Assembly: GCA_030704615.1 (NCBI GenBank)
Contig: CM060732.1
Location: 15,314,001-15,378,000, forward strand
Source of the DNA: Takakia lepidozioides
Lineage: Eukaryota > Plantae > Bryophyta
Reading direction: 5' to 3'
DNA length: 64,000 bases
Shown here piece after piece: positions 25,100 to 36,495 of the stretch. The notes under the pieces were generated by a model. The model was not told the origin of the DNA, did no database searches, and was given only the letters and a program-made list of their open reading frames with translations. Both the position numbers and the translations under genes were made by a program. The first letter of the stretch is position 1, and each line of letters opens with the position of its first letter.

Positions 25100-28000
25100 G
25101 TAGTGTGTCTTCATTTTTAAATGTCTGGGTCCTCTCTGACCATGCCCCCTGGCTGAGTGTCCAGGCTTGGCACAAATGGTTTTAGGTCTCGTCGGCTTCT
25201 TATCCATTCCCTTCTTGCCCCATCTTTCAGTCTGCACCGTCTTCCAGCCTCTCCTGTCTTTGTTGTGCTTTCTACATCTTTGTAGCCATGAAGTCATAGG
25301 GCCCTTCCCATGGGGAGGTCATTGGAGATCGTTTTCCCGGTCTTAACATCATCACTTTACTATTTTCCAACAGTGTACAGTAGTTGTGGCCTGCTCGGTG
25401 TCTTTTCTCATAATCCCTTGCTTGCTGTTGCTGCCCCTTCTTCACACTTCTTTTCAGCTCAGCCTTCATTGCTGTAAGAAGTTGAATCTTCTTTTGCATC
25501 ATAAGTGTGACCTCAGCAACAGATCCATGAAAATTTACCGCTGAAGAGATATAGTACAGTCTGTTGTCCATTCCCAGTCGTGGAGTTCTACTAGTCAGCA
25601 CCTGATAAGGTGAGAATCCCGTCATAGCATGTACTCCCATCTCGTATCCAAACAAGGCTTTGTATAGATTTTCGTCCCACTCAGTGTCGTTTCCAACCCC
25701 CAACGTTGTCATACTTTGCTTGAGGGATTTAGTCACCCTTTCCACCATGCCATTGCACTGGGGCCAATAGGATGCACTGTGCTCCCTCTTTATCCTGTAT
25801 TTCTGGCACGCCTCTTGGAATTCCCCTTCCCACTCCGTTCCATTGTCAGTAAGCAACGTGTGGGGGCAACTGTATCTGTCTATCACTTCCTCCACCAGAA
25901 AGCGGGCAGTGAGGGCTGCAGTGTGATCTGCTACTAGCGCAGCCTCTACCCATTTTGAGAAGTGATCTATCGCCACAAGAAAATATTGATTACCTTTGGC
26001 AGTCACAGGTAATGGTCCAGCAGTGTCAATTGCAACTCTGAAAAATAGATCCACTATTGGAATGTTGTGGAGTCTTGAGCTTCCTGATCGCAGCACTCCA
26101 TTCTGCTTGGTCGACTGACACTCAACACAGCTCTTGAGCACTTGTCTGATGAGTTTTGTTCTATCATGCCAGAAAAATCGCCCACATACCTCCTCTTGCG
26201 TTCTGCGAATCCCAAAGTGACCAGTGGCCTCATGAACCTCCTTGATTAGTGCCTCTCTGTCCTTCTTTGGTGGAACTACCTTATCCTCAAAGTAAACTTT
26301 CCCTTTCAGATAGGAGTATTGTTTTGCTCGTTGCCTGGCTCTCTTCTTTTCTGCTTTTGTAAGATAATCATTGACCTCTCCAAAGCATAAAAGATGCATG
26401 ACTTCCACATCCTCAAGTATGTCAAGTTCTCTCTCTTCCTTACCAGCTGTTGTTCCTTGGTTGTCTGAGCTCACTAGTGATTCCTCCCCCCACTTCTCGG
26501 CTGCATGTAATAATGACATCTGAACAGCCTTGGTAGGTGTACTCCATGGCAACCAGCCCTTCTTGAAGGCCTCCTTGCAGTGCGGAGAACCTTGCCCTGA
26601 GTGATTGGTCCCCTCACTAGTGTCTGAAGAGTAAAATATCTTGGTGAAGCACTCACCCCTCATATGGCCTCTAGCTGAGCACTCTGATGATGAGGTTACC
26701 TGAATCCTCCCTTTTGTCTCCTCCCTTGAACTGTGTTGAAGAGAAGCAGTTTCTTCAGAGTCTCCCTCTTCGTTCTGTGATCCTTCTTCCTCATGTGCAT
26801 CAGCTGGCTGCTCCCTAGCTGGTTCATGGTCTCTAGTATGGTCACATTGATGGTGGGACATGAGAACATCAACTAAGTCTCTTCCCTTCCCTTGGTTGCA
26901 GTAACAACCTTCTTTCCTGCACCCACATTTTTCCAGATGCTTCCCCCAACCAGATTAATAGATACTGGTTGGCCAATGCCTTCCCGTTGTTTTATGGCTG
27001 CAAAAGTTACTTTCCTTTCTTCCCTGTCTAGCATGATGCCTGGCTCTGGCCCCCTTTTCAGGATACCATGAGCATAACCCTTGGTCAACATGCCCCCTTT
27101 GGAGAACCTATCTACCATAGGAACAAACTCAAATGAAAAGTCACCGAGCAAGTCTGTGCCACTATGGTATTCTGAACATAGCCACTAGTATGGATCCAAA
27201 TCCGTTTCTAAAGAAAATGACTCCCCAGCAGTCTCTCCTTGAAATGCCAAAGACCCCAGACACATGCATAATACTCTTCTCTTTTGCAGATCATTTCCCC
27301 TCTCTCATTGTTGTAGCCAACTTGCCTATGAGCTTGTTCTCTCAACTCTTCCCTGCCCTCTTCATACTGAAATAGAGAAGCTATAATTGCACCCTTTTCC
27401 CACTCTAGCTTAAGGAGATAGGCTCCATCCCTCTTTCTCCCCTCCCTTTTTTGACTGTAGAGAGACGTAGAGTATACCTTGAGTTCCTCAGTCTCCTCTG
27501 CTGGTCCCACTGGATACATGCTTAGTGCATCTACGTTAGCATGCCTAGCACCCGCCCTATGAACAATTTTGAACTCAAAGTCTTGTAACATCATGATCCA
27601 TCTACCCCTGCGTCCATAGGCGTCACTTACTGTTGCCAACCACTCAAGTGGTTTATGATCAGTTCTGATCACAAAGGGGGTTCCATACAGATACTGCCTG
27701 ACATGTAAAACTCCCCACAGTAAGGCATAGCATTCTCCCTCCATAGGGTGATATTTGCGCTGAGCATCATATAATACTTCACTGGCATAAGCAATTACCC
27801 TCTCCTTCTTATACTCCTTTTGTGACAAAACTGCCCCCACCCCTTTGATGGACCAGTCTACGTCTAGGATGAATGGTCTTGAGAAATCTGGCCTGGCCAG
27901 AATGGGTGTAGTGACCAGCTTTACTTGCAGGGCAGAAAAAGCGTTTTGTGCCTCTGCATTCCAGCTAAACTTTACGTCCTTCTTGGTCAGAGTGAACAAA

Positions 28001-29056
28001 GGCACTGCCACTCCAGCATACCCCTTGACAGAGGGCCTATAATTCCCCGTCATCCCTAGATAACACTTGACTGCAGTATAGTTCTTAGGCAAGGGAAATC
28101 TTTCAATTGCAGCTATCTTATCTGGGTCAGGCCAGATACCCTCTTCAGAAACCACATGACCAAGAAATACCAACTGCAGGTTGGCAAAGGGTTGGTATAC
28201 TGGCGGCTTCTAGTATACCAACCCCTCCTTGACAAACTATTTCATTGTCAGGGTTGAGCCTAAGATTCGCCCTCTTCAGCTTTTTCAGTACCCTTTTTAT
28301 GTGCCCCATGTGATCTGCCCAATCCTTGCTATGTATGTTAACGTCATCTACAAAGACCTTAGCACAGTCTTTGATCTCTTCCTTAAGTACCCTGTTCATT
28401 GCCCTCTGAAAAGTGGCAGTGGCATTTTCCAGTCCAAATGGCATGACAAGCCATTCATACAATCCGTTCTTTGTAATTACAGCACTTTTGCTTATGTCAT
28501 GGTCATCCATCTTGATCTGCCAGAAACCAGATTGCAGATCCAGTGCAGAAAACCACTTGGATTTTCCCAACTGGTTCAAAACATCTTGTATCAATGGCAT
28601 AGGGTACGAGTCCCTTCTAGTCAGGCGGTTCACAGGCCTAAAATCACCACAAAAGCGTTTGGACCCATCCTTCTTGGGTGGAAGGGTGACTGGACATGAC
28701 CACTCTGAACTACTCTCTCTCATCTTGCCTCGCGAGATCAAAGTCTCAATTTGCCCTTGCACTTCATTTTCCTCCCACTCTGACAGGCGACTGGGACGGC
28801 TTCTGCATGAGGAAAGCCTTGGGTGTCAATCGTGTGTTCCACTTCACTGCAATAACCCAAGTCAGCATTGCTGAGAGCAAAGCATTCTTGGTTTTCTCGC
28901 AGTTCTTGTTCCAATTCCAGCCTATGTTCCTGAGCCAGGTCTGGATTAATGCGAAGTCTGGCCTTTAGGCTTCTCCAGCGACTCTCCATTTTTTCTTCAT
29001 GGCTGGGATCCCAACCCTCTCCCTCTACACTGTGCAGAGAGCTAGCTACCCTCATC
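25100..29056 (-). mobile_element. Ty3/Gypsy family 3 pol (RT, RNase H, acidic spacer, integrase), degenerate
   Basis: RT: PKKDGSKRFCGDFR, LDLQSGFWQ, FVDDV. RNase H: ILDVDWS, RTDHKPL. Integrase: HxxxGH..CxxC, IDTAGP, TDNGTEW, NGMVER, WEGPY. Frameshifts. Confidence 0.9.
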
Positions 29057-29324
29057 TGTAGTGTGAAAAGAGGGGGGGATAAAACCCCTCTTAGTTAACC
29101 TCTAAACTATTCATTGCCCAGAGAGACTCGGGGCTGCCCTATGACTCACACCATAGTTAATTACTTCTATACTGTTCATGACCAGAGATTGATACCCTTA
29201 TCTACGCCGCAGCGGAAGAGAAGACATGGACATGGTTATAGCACATAAGCATATATACTTATTCAGCCTATTTGTGTTAAAGATTAGGTAATTATGCATA
29301 CACCAACCCGGTGCTTCCTGTACT
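29057..29324 (-). mobile_element. Another family 3 LTR-end fragment truncating the pol gene
   Basis: tgtagtgtgaaaagagggg...ctacgccgcagcggaagagaagacatgga. Confidence 0.55.
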
Positions 29325-30715
29325 GGGGGCTGCTATTTCATGAGCCATGAGCCATGAGCGGCATGAGCCATGAGCAGAGTCGTAAGTGTCGAAAAAAACA
29401 TGAGCAGGACTATTTTCCGGAAATGAGTGTCCGCGGGAATAGGGTTTAGGGTGTAACGGTCATAGGGGGAGAAGGACCTCCCGATGAAGGAGGTTCGGCA
29501 ATGTTTTTTAGAATTACATATTGAAAGGCAATGTTTCGCGAATGGTAGGGTGGTACTGCTCTGTACAATGGGGGCCCATTTCAGCCTACCAGCCACTTGC
29601 AAAATCCACCCACACTCCCAATCCCAAACGAAATGAGGAATGATGCATTCTGGGAACGATGGATACAAAATAGAACAAAAAGAGGGCACAATGGGGTTTT
29701 TATTGATCCACATGAATTGCATTTGAAGCACGTCTACTGTCGCGGCCCTTTGCCTTGAGGGCAGGGGGTCGGGACACATGAGGGGCTGCCCCTGTGGTGG
29801 GGGCAGCGGCAGCGATAGGTATGGGGGACTGAAGCACCCTTGAGTGCCCAAGGCACTCAAGGAGGCGGAGGCGCTCACTAGGTGGAGCCCCGCACACCGG
29901 GTTGCGGTGGGGGTGGCTCCACAAGGGGTGGTGGTAGCTTAGCAGGACTTAGTGGGAGTGGCATAGGACTCACCATGGGGGTGGAGACCTCGTGGTGGGA
30001 GTCGTGGGGAGTCTTGGGACTCATCACGGTCCATAGGGGCCGTGGTGAGTGGGCCAAGATTCACTGCGACTCATCACCGGGAGTCGAGGGTTTTCGTGGT
30101 GGTTCGCCATAAAATGGCATGGCTGGTTGTGAAACCCCCGCGGACAGCTACAGAAGTATATATAGGGAGTAGTAACCCCGAGAACGGTGCAAGCCCGTTG
30201 GTGACCAAAAACTAGTGAGTAAGCGAGCGAGCCGGAAAGCGACCAAAGAGTGGGGAGCTGTTCCGGACTGCCATCTACCAAAGGGAATTCCACTAGTCCC
30301 AAATAGGTGGAGGGTTTAGCGGGAAGCGAAGGGGGACCGTTATGTCCCGGTGAGCAGCCGAAGCTCCAAGTTGGCCCGGCGGCCAGGTTGGGAGTCAGGC
30401 GCGCGCATCAAAGCGAGTAACTATGACGTGAAGGGGAGCTTACCGAAGGGAGGTGCGCGACATCTACTGTGCTGATTGTGCAAACAAATCTTTAGCCCTG
30501 TGCCTTCTGAATACAAGTCACGTTGTCAATGGGACTTCGACTGCTCTGAGAACTAGCTCATGAGTCATCGGGCTCCTCCAGGTAAACTGGATTGCAGCCG
30601 TTGTACCGCCTCTGTTGATGTTCACCACAATGTTGTGCCCTTTAATCATACCACCATCGAATATGGAAAGCTTCACGTTTTCGTCGTCCACACCAATGCG
30701 AATGTCCCCATACAA
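29325..30715 (+). mobile_element. Terminus GGGGGCTGCTATTTCATGAGC(CATGAGC)n of the MULE-like family, leading to the 3' end of cargo ORF A (30518-30715, minus strand)
   Basis: Inverted copy of ~45115-45773; interrupted by a solo LTR; ends at the N gap. Confidence 0.75.
29738..30462 (+). mobile_element. Solo LTR of Gypsy family 1 with 5-bp TSD TCTAC
   Basis: TGTCGCG...CGCGACA. TCTAC at 29733-29737 and 30463-30467. The empty site is present in the copies near 14200 and 45360. Confidence 0.95.
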
Positions 30716-31215
30716 NNNNNNNNNNNNNNNNNNNNNNNNNNNNNNNNNNNNNNNNNNNNNNNNNNNNNNNNNNNNNNNNNNNNNNNNNNNNNNNNNNNNN
30801 NNNNNNNNNNNNNNNNNNNNNNNNNNNNNNNNNNNNNNNNNNNNNNNNNNNNNNNNNNNNNNNNNNNNNNNNNNNNNNNNNNNNNNNNNNNNNNNNNNNN
30901 NNNNNNNNNNNNNNNNNNNNNNNNNNNNNNNNNNNNNNNNNNNNNNNNNNNNNNNNNNNNNNNNNNNNNNNNNNNNNNNNNNNNNNNNNNNNNNNNNNNN
31001 NNNNNNNNNNNNNNNNNNNNNNNNNNNNNNNNNNNNNNNNNNNNNNNNNNNNNNNNNNNNNNNNNNNNNNNNNNNNNNNNNNNNNNNNNNNNNNNNNNNN
31101 NNNNNNNNNNNNNNNNNNNNNNNNNNNNNNNNNNNNNNNNNNNNNNNNNNNNNNNNNNNNNNNNNNNNNNNNNNNNNNNNNNNNNNNNNNNNNNNNNNNN
31201 NNNNNNNNNNNNNNN
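30716..31215. other. Assembly gap (500 N)
   Basis: Run of N. Confidence 1.
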
Positions 31216-31664
31216 GAATGGTTCCCAAAGTACAAGGGACATGTGGAGCTTCCCCAAACCGGACAAACTGTCTGACCCCACATTCGACATGTGGATGAAC
31301 CGCATGACATGGTGGTTTCAGGTACTTCCCCACGCTTCGTTTGGCGCTTCTACTCTTGTAGGGGGTGGATTCATTGTATTTTTTCAGCAATGCGATCTGA
31401 TGGAGAATCTCCACAGGTGACGACGAATGCGCAAGAGCAGTTGGACACACAAGCACATCAGTTCAAGATGGAGATTTCTCCTGCAGCAGAGAGCCTACGC
31501 GACTATGTGACGAGGTACTTTCTGCTCTACAAAATCGACCTATTCTTTCGGGAGATACCACATGCCCGCCGGAGCCACGAGTTCACCGACCAGCCGAACG
31601 CGGACAAAGCAGCAATGCGCCTTCTGTACAGGTACATACGCGATGCCTTCCTTACAGTCCTTGC

Positions 31665-32535
31665 ATTTTTCGCCGAATTTCCAGATCAGGGCTCCGAAAA
31701 TGGCCAAGTCCCTAGGGTGGCTGGCCCTGAACTGGAAATTCGGCGCCATTTTTCCAGGTCAAGGCCATATGGGACTTAGCCATTTTCGGGCCGGACCTGG
31801 AAAAATGGCGCCGAATTTCCAGTTAGGGCTCCGAAAATGGCTAAGTCCCTGGGGTGGCTGGCCCTGAACTGGAAATTCGGCGCCATTTTTCCAGTTATGG
31901 GCCCTATTGCCCTTGTGGGACAACCATTTTCGGGCCGGACCTGGGAAAATGGCGCCGAATTTCCAGTCAGGGCTCCGAAAATGGCCCAGTCCCTAGGGTG
32001 GCTGGCCCTGAACTAGAAATTCGGCGCCATTTTTCCAGTTCTGGGCCCTATTGCCCTTGTGGGACTTAGCCATATTCGGGCCGGACCTGGGAAAATGGCG
32101 CCGAATTTCCAGTCAGGGCTCCAAAAATGGCCAAGTCCCTAGGGTGGCTGGCCCTGAACTGGAAATTCGGCGTCATTTTTCCAGTTCTGGGCCCTATTGC
32201 CGTTCTGGGACAAAGCCATTTTCGGGCCGGACCTGAGAAAATGGCGCCGAATTTCCAGTCAGGGCTCCAAAAATGGCAAAGTCCGTAGGGTGGCTGGCCC
32301 TGAACTGGAAATTCGGCGCCATTTTTCCATTTCTAGGCCCTATTGCCGTTCTGGGACTTAGCCATCTTCGGGCCAAACCGGGAAAAATGGCGCCGAATTT
32401 CCAATTCAGGGCTCCCAAGATGGCTAAGTCCCTAGGGTGGCAGTCACCGAAAACCGAAATTCGGCGCCATTTTTCCATTTCTAGGCCCACTCAGATCCGC
32501 CCCAACCTGGGAAAATGGTGCCGAATTTGCAGTTC
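31665..32535. repeat. 146-bp tandem array; each unit holds the inverted pair GGAAAAATGGCGCCGAATTTCCAG / CTGGAAATTCGGCGCCATTTTTCC
   Basis: Unit landmark cgggcc at 31787, 31931, 32077, 32223 and 32369 (spacing 144, 146, 146, 146). Confidence 0.92.
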
Positions 32536-32781
32536 AGGGACCTCATTGTGTTTTTCACTGCAAGTTCTCCCTTTTGGAGAAAGGTCATTTGTCTTTCGAG
32601 CCACCATTCTTCCTGGCATGGAGGAACCCTGGGGCTGACTCCATGTACACTGACGATATTGTGAAGGAGTGGCATCTGGAACATTTGCGTGATTGCCCTT
32701 GGTATGTGGACCTTCCGCCGGCATGCTCGACCCATCCGAGTTTCAATTGAAGCTGGATGCTGAGGCCCGACGAAACCGGGC

Positions 32782-34881
32782 TTGCCTCCGCTGGGTGCAA
32801 AAGAGGCAAAAGCAATTGCGAACTCCAGGAAAGCGGCAGAGCTTGCTCAGGCAGGAATTCAGGAGAAATTGAATGAGAAGAGTAAAGGCCAAAAGAAAAG
32901 GACAAGGAAACAGGTGAGTGCAGTAACACCCAAAAAACAGAAAACCATCGGGGCATTGGAGCAGGCGCAGGAGGGGACCCAAGAGAGTGACTCGGATGAC
33001 GACTTTGTTCAAGGTCCTGCGACTGCTGTTGCTACTACCCAGTCACCGGTCGTCCGGGTTCCCAAGTCAGTTCGGAGTGGGACTGGCTCTGCCAAGAAGT
33101 TGGCATTTGAGGGCGAGCCTACACGGCGGTATTCGGCGGCGACGTTTACGCACAGGCCAAAGCTAGAACCTCCAACCATCATCCAATGCGTCAATGAGAG
33201 CTTCCTTGACGCTCTCGCTGCCAGGGCGAAGAAGGTGGCACACAACAAGTCTCTGGCGGAGCAAAAGGGGAAAGCCAAGAAGAGGGCTGCCGGTACAAAG
33301 CCTAAAGACACCCCTGGTTTTGAAGCCATGATGGAATTCTTCACGGCTGTGAGCACGGATTGCAAGAGCACTCGGGGGGGGGGGTTGAGGTGGAGAGAGC
33401 TTGCGACATGATTCTCCTCGACATTCCAGATGGGGAGCTGCTGGAGGGCCTAGATGGTGTGCCCACCTGGAACAGGTTTACTGAGGACTACTGGAAAGCC
33501 AGGTTTGGGCTGGCGGGGATGCTTCTGGATGACGGTGGATGTGTGGTTGTCCTTGCCACAAGAGGGAAGACCACAGAGAATGCGGTGGCAAGGTGGACAC
33601 CGAAAAGTGTCACCCCGGTCCTCCTCAGAAAATGGTTCTGCATCAATACACAGGGGTTGCAAACAGAGGGCCAAAGTGTAAGTTATCAATCTATTGCATT
33701 CACCTCATATTGTGGTGTATCTAAACAAGATCCCGGAGTTGATCCCTATTTTGTTGGATGTGCAGACATTGGTGTTTGAGGCATATTGCTTTGTGAAGAG
33801 AGGGTCTACGTTCAAATTCCGCAACGACGGTCGTCTTGTTGATGCCGCTGTGGACCCTGTTACCTACGATGTCCTCTACAACTATGTGCCCCACTCCAGT
33901 ATGCCAAAGGACACAAAGACAGGCAAACCATGGCGGTACAGCCGGACCCGGAACCCTGCTTTCATCCAAACCCTCATGGAGACGTGCTCGGATGTCCAAG
34001 GGCGGATTCTGGACCTCACATGCGGCACGGGTAAGCCTTCACGTGCTCAGTTTGTCCCCTGGCCCGATTGCAATTGCATGCCGCAAGCTATTAACCGCCC
34101 GCTTTGTTCCTCAGGTGCTTCAATGTGGGCAGGGACGTTGTCCGACAGGCATGTGTTCGCCTTCGAGCCAGATACTGCCCTCCACAACTCGGAACTTGCA
34201 GCGGCTGAATGTCTGCCAAAAGAGGAAGAGGCATCCTCGGAGGATGAGGAAAAATCCGAGAAGGAGCAGGGGGAGGAACAAGTTGGGATCGAGGCCGAGG
34301 AGCCCCCGGTGTACGAGTGAGTGGTCGCATTGTAGGTTGCCTCCAGATTTCGTGAGGCACCTCCCTTATTTCATTGAAAACCCTTTCTGCTTCTGCTGGT
34401 ATTGACATTCTTGAAGTGGATTTGTTCTTACTGTAGGATGCCAAGTACGGCAGGAGGGACGTCTACACCGGAGTTCATGGGCAGGAGGAACGTGCCTTTT
34501 TTTGCCAGGGGGGATTTCATGCCTAGTCCAGAAAGGGACTACATCCTTCCTACTTATGCTGCCCGGCTTGCTTCGGTGTCCATTAGGAGGTGTTCCGAAC
34601 CTAGTCGTGTACAACAGATTTTAGACGAGGCAAGCCTCAAGAAAATGAAGATGAGGGAGGAGGCAGCAGCTATTAGAGCCCGTCGGGCTCGTATATTTGT
34701 GTTGGATTCTGTTGAGGAAAGTGGGGGAGAAGAGGCAGAAGATTCCCAGGAGGTGAGGTGGACAGTCCCCCAAGGAGAGGACGACATTTTTGAGAGGCAA
34801 CCGATGCATCACAGAGCTCGGAGGATGGGGGGGATGAGGGGGATGAGGAAGAAGGAGGGCCAAGTTCCTCGGAAGGTGTAG
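32782..34881 (+). CDS. Spliced beta-class DNA N4/N6 methyltransferase-like gene (single frameshift in a G11 run)
   Basis: Exons ~32782-33677 (frameshift at G11, 33374-33384), 33766-34030, 34115-34316 and 34437-34881; phase-consistent GT-AG introns. Motif IV-like DMILLDIPDG ... LLDDGGCVVV precedes motif X/I-like RNPAFIQTLMETCSDVQGRILDLTCGTGASMWAGTLSDRHVFAFEPD. Confidence 0.7.
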
Positions 34882-35317
34882 GAGAGTAGTTCTCATTCCT
34901 GCTATGACAGTTAGGACACACTTGTATAGACGTGGCTTGCCACCAAATTTGCAATAAAATGTTGTATTTCATTGCTATGACGAGTCCACATGACCCTATT
35001 TCCATGCCTCCTAACCCTTGGGCACCGGGCGTTGTTATCGTCACGGCAGATCACGGTGGGCTCATCTTTCTCGAGCTGAGCTTCACCGCGTCTAGCTATG
35101 GCGCCGTAGTGTGGATTCCCCATGGCGTAGGGTGCACTTGGCTCGACTTAATATATGAGTGATGTTTTCATGTGCAAGTATGTAAGTTTGAGAGAGCTTG
35201 TGTGCTTATATCTTTTCTTTCCTTATCCGGAGGTGATTGTGATAGACTAGTGTTTGGTATGCACATGTGTTGTGTGGTTTTGGACAGCGATGTAGTTGTG
35301 TAGCGATATGTATGCGC

Positions 35318-36470
35318 ACGACACAGGCAAACCGTGGCAGTACAGACGGAGCCGGAGCCCTGCTTTCAAACCCTCATGGAGACGTGCTCGGATGTCCAAG
35401 GGCGGATTCTTGACCTCACATGCGGCACGGATAAGCCTTAACATGCACAGTTTGTCCCCTGGCCCGATTGCAATTGTATGCCGCATGCTACTAACCGCCC
35501 ATTTTGTCCCTCAGGTGCTTCAATGTGGGCAGGGACTTTGTCCGACAGGCATGTCTTTGCCTTCGAGCCAGATATTGCCCTCCACAACTCGGAACTTGCA
35601 GCGGATGAACGTCTGCTGAAAGACGAAGAGGCATCCTCGGAGGATGAGGAAGAATCCGAGAAGGAGGTGGGGGAGGTACAAGTTGGGATCGAGGCCGAGG
35701 AGCCCTTGGTTTACAAGTGAGTGGTCGCATTGTAAGTTGCCTTCTGATTTCGTGAGGCACCTCCCTTCGCTCTCTTATTTCATTGAAAGACCCTTTTTGG
35801 CTTCTGCTGGTATTGACATTCTTAAAGTGGATTTGTTCTTACTGCAGGATGCCAAGTACTGCAGGAGGGACGTCTACACCGCAGTTCATGGGCAGGAGGA
35901 ACGTGCCTTTTTTTGCCAGGAGGGATTTCATGCCGAGTCCAGAAAGGGACTACATCCTTCCTACTTATGCTGCCCGGCTTGTTTCGGTGTCCATTAGGAG
36001 GTCTTCCGAACCTAGTCGTGTACAACAGATTTTAGACGAGGCAAGCCTCAAGAAAAGAAGATGAGGGAGGAGGCAGCAGCTATTAGAGCCCGTCAGGCTC
36101 GTAGATTTGTCTTGGATTCTGCCGAAGAAAGTGGGGGAGAAGAGGCAGAAGATTCCCAGGAGGTGAGGTGGACAGTCCCCCAAGTAGAGGACGGAATTTT
36201 TGAGAGGCATAGTAGAACTGATGCATCTCAGAGCTCGGAGGATGGGGGGGTTGAGGGGGATGAGGAGGAAGGTGGGGCAAGTTCCTCGGAGGGTGTATGA
36301 GAGTAGTGCCCATTCCGGCTATGACAGTTAGGACACAATTGTATAGATGTGGCTTGCCACAAAATTTGCAATAAAATATTGCATTTCATTGCTATGACGA
36401 GTCCACTGGTGCCACATTCCAACTTCACATGACCCTATTTCCGTGCCTCCTAACCCTATTTCCGTGGACA
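35318..36470 (+). pseudogene. Tandem partial duplicate of the methyltransferase 3' half
   Basis: Copy of ~33915-35020 with small deletions; donor GT mutated to AT at 35431. Confidence 0.85.
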
Positions 36471-36495
36471 CACAAACTCGTGCTCTTTTTTTTTT

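Noticed and set aside
21699-25107. CACTA termini suggested by CACTACA/TGTAGTG
   Set aside because: Orientation is TG...CA relative to the unit, it adjoins a Gypsy integrase and lacks CACTA subterminal repeats; better read as LTR ends.
30518-31456. Long ORFs spanning 30.5-31.4 kb
   Set aside because: Artefacts of translating through N bases.
32782-34881. Bacterial or phage contamination as the source of the MTase
   Set aside because: Spliceosomal introns conserved with the homolog at 7.7-8.3 kb, and the gene is embedded among plant TEs.
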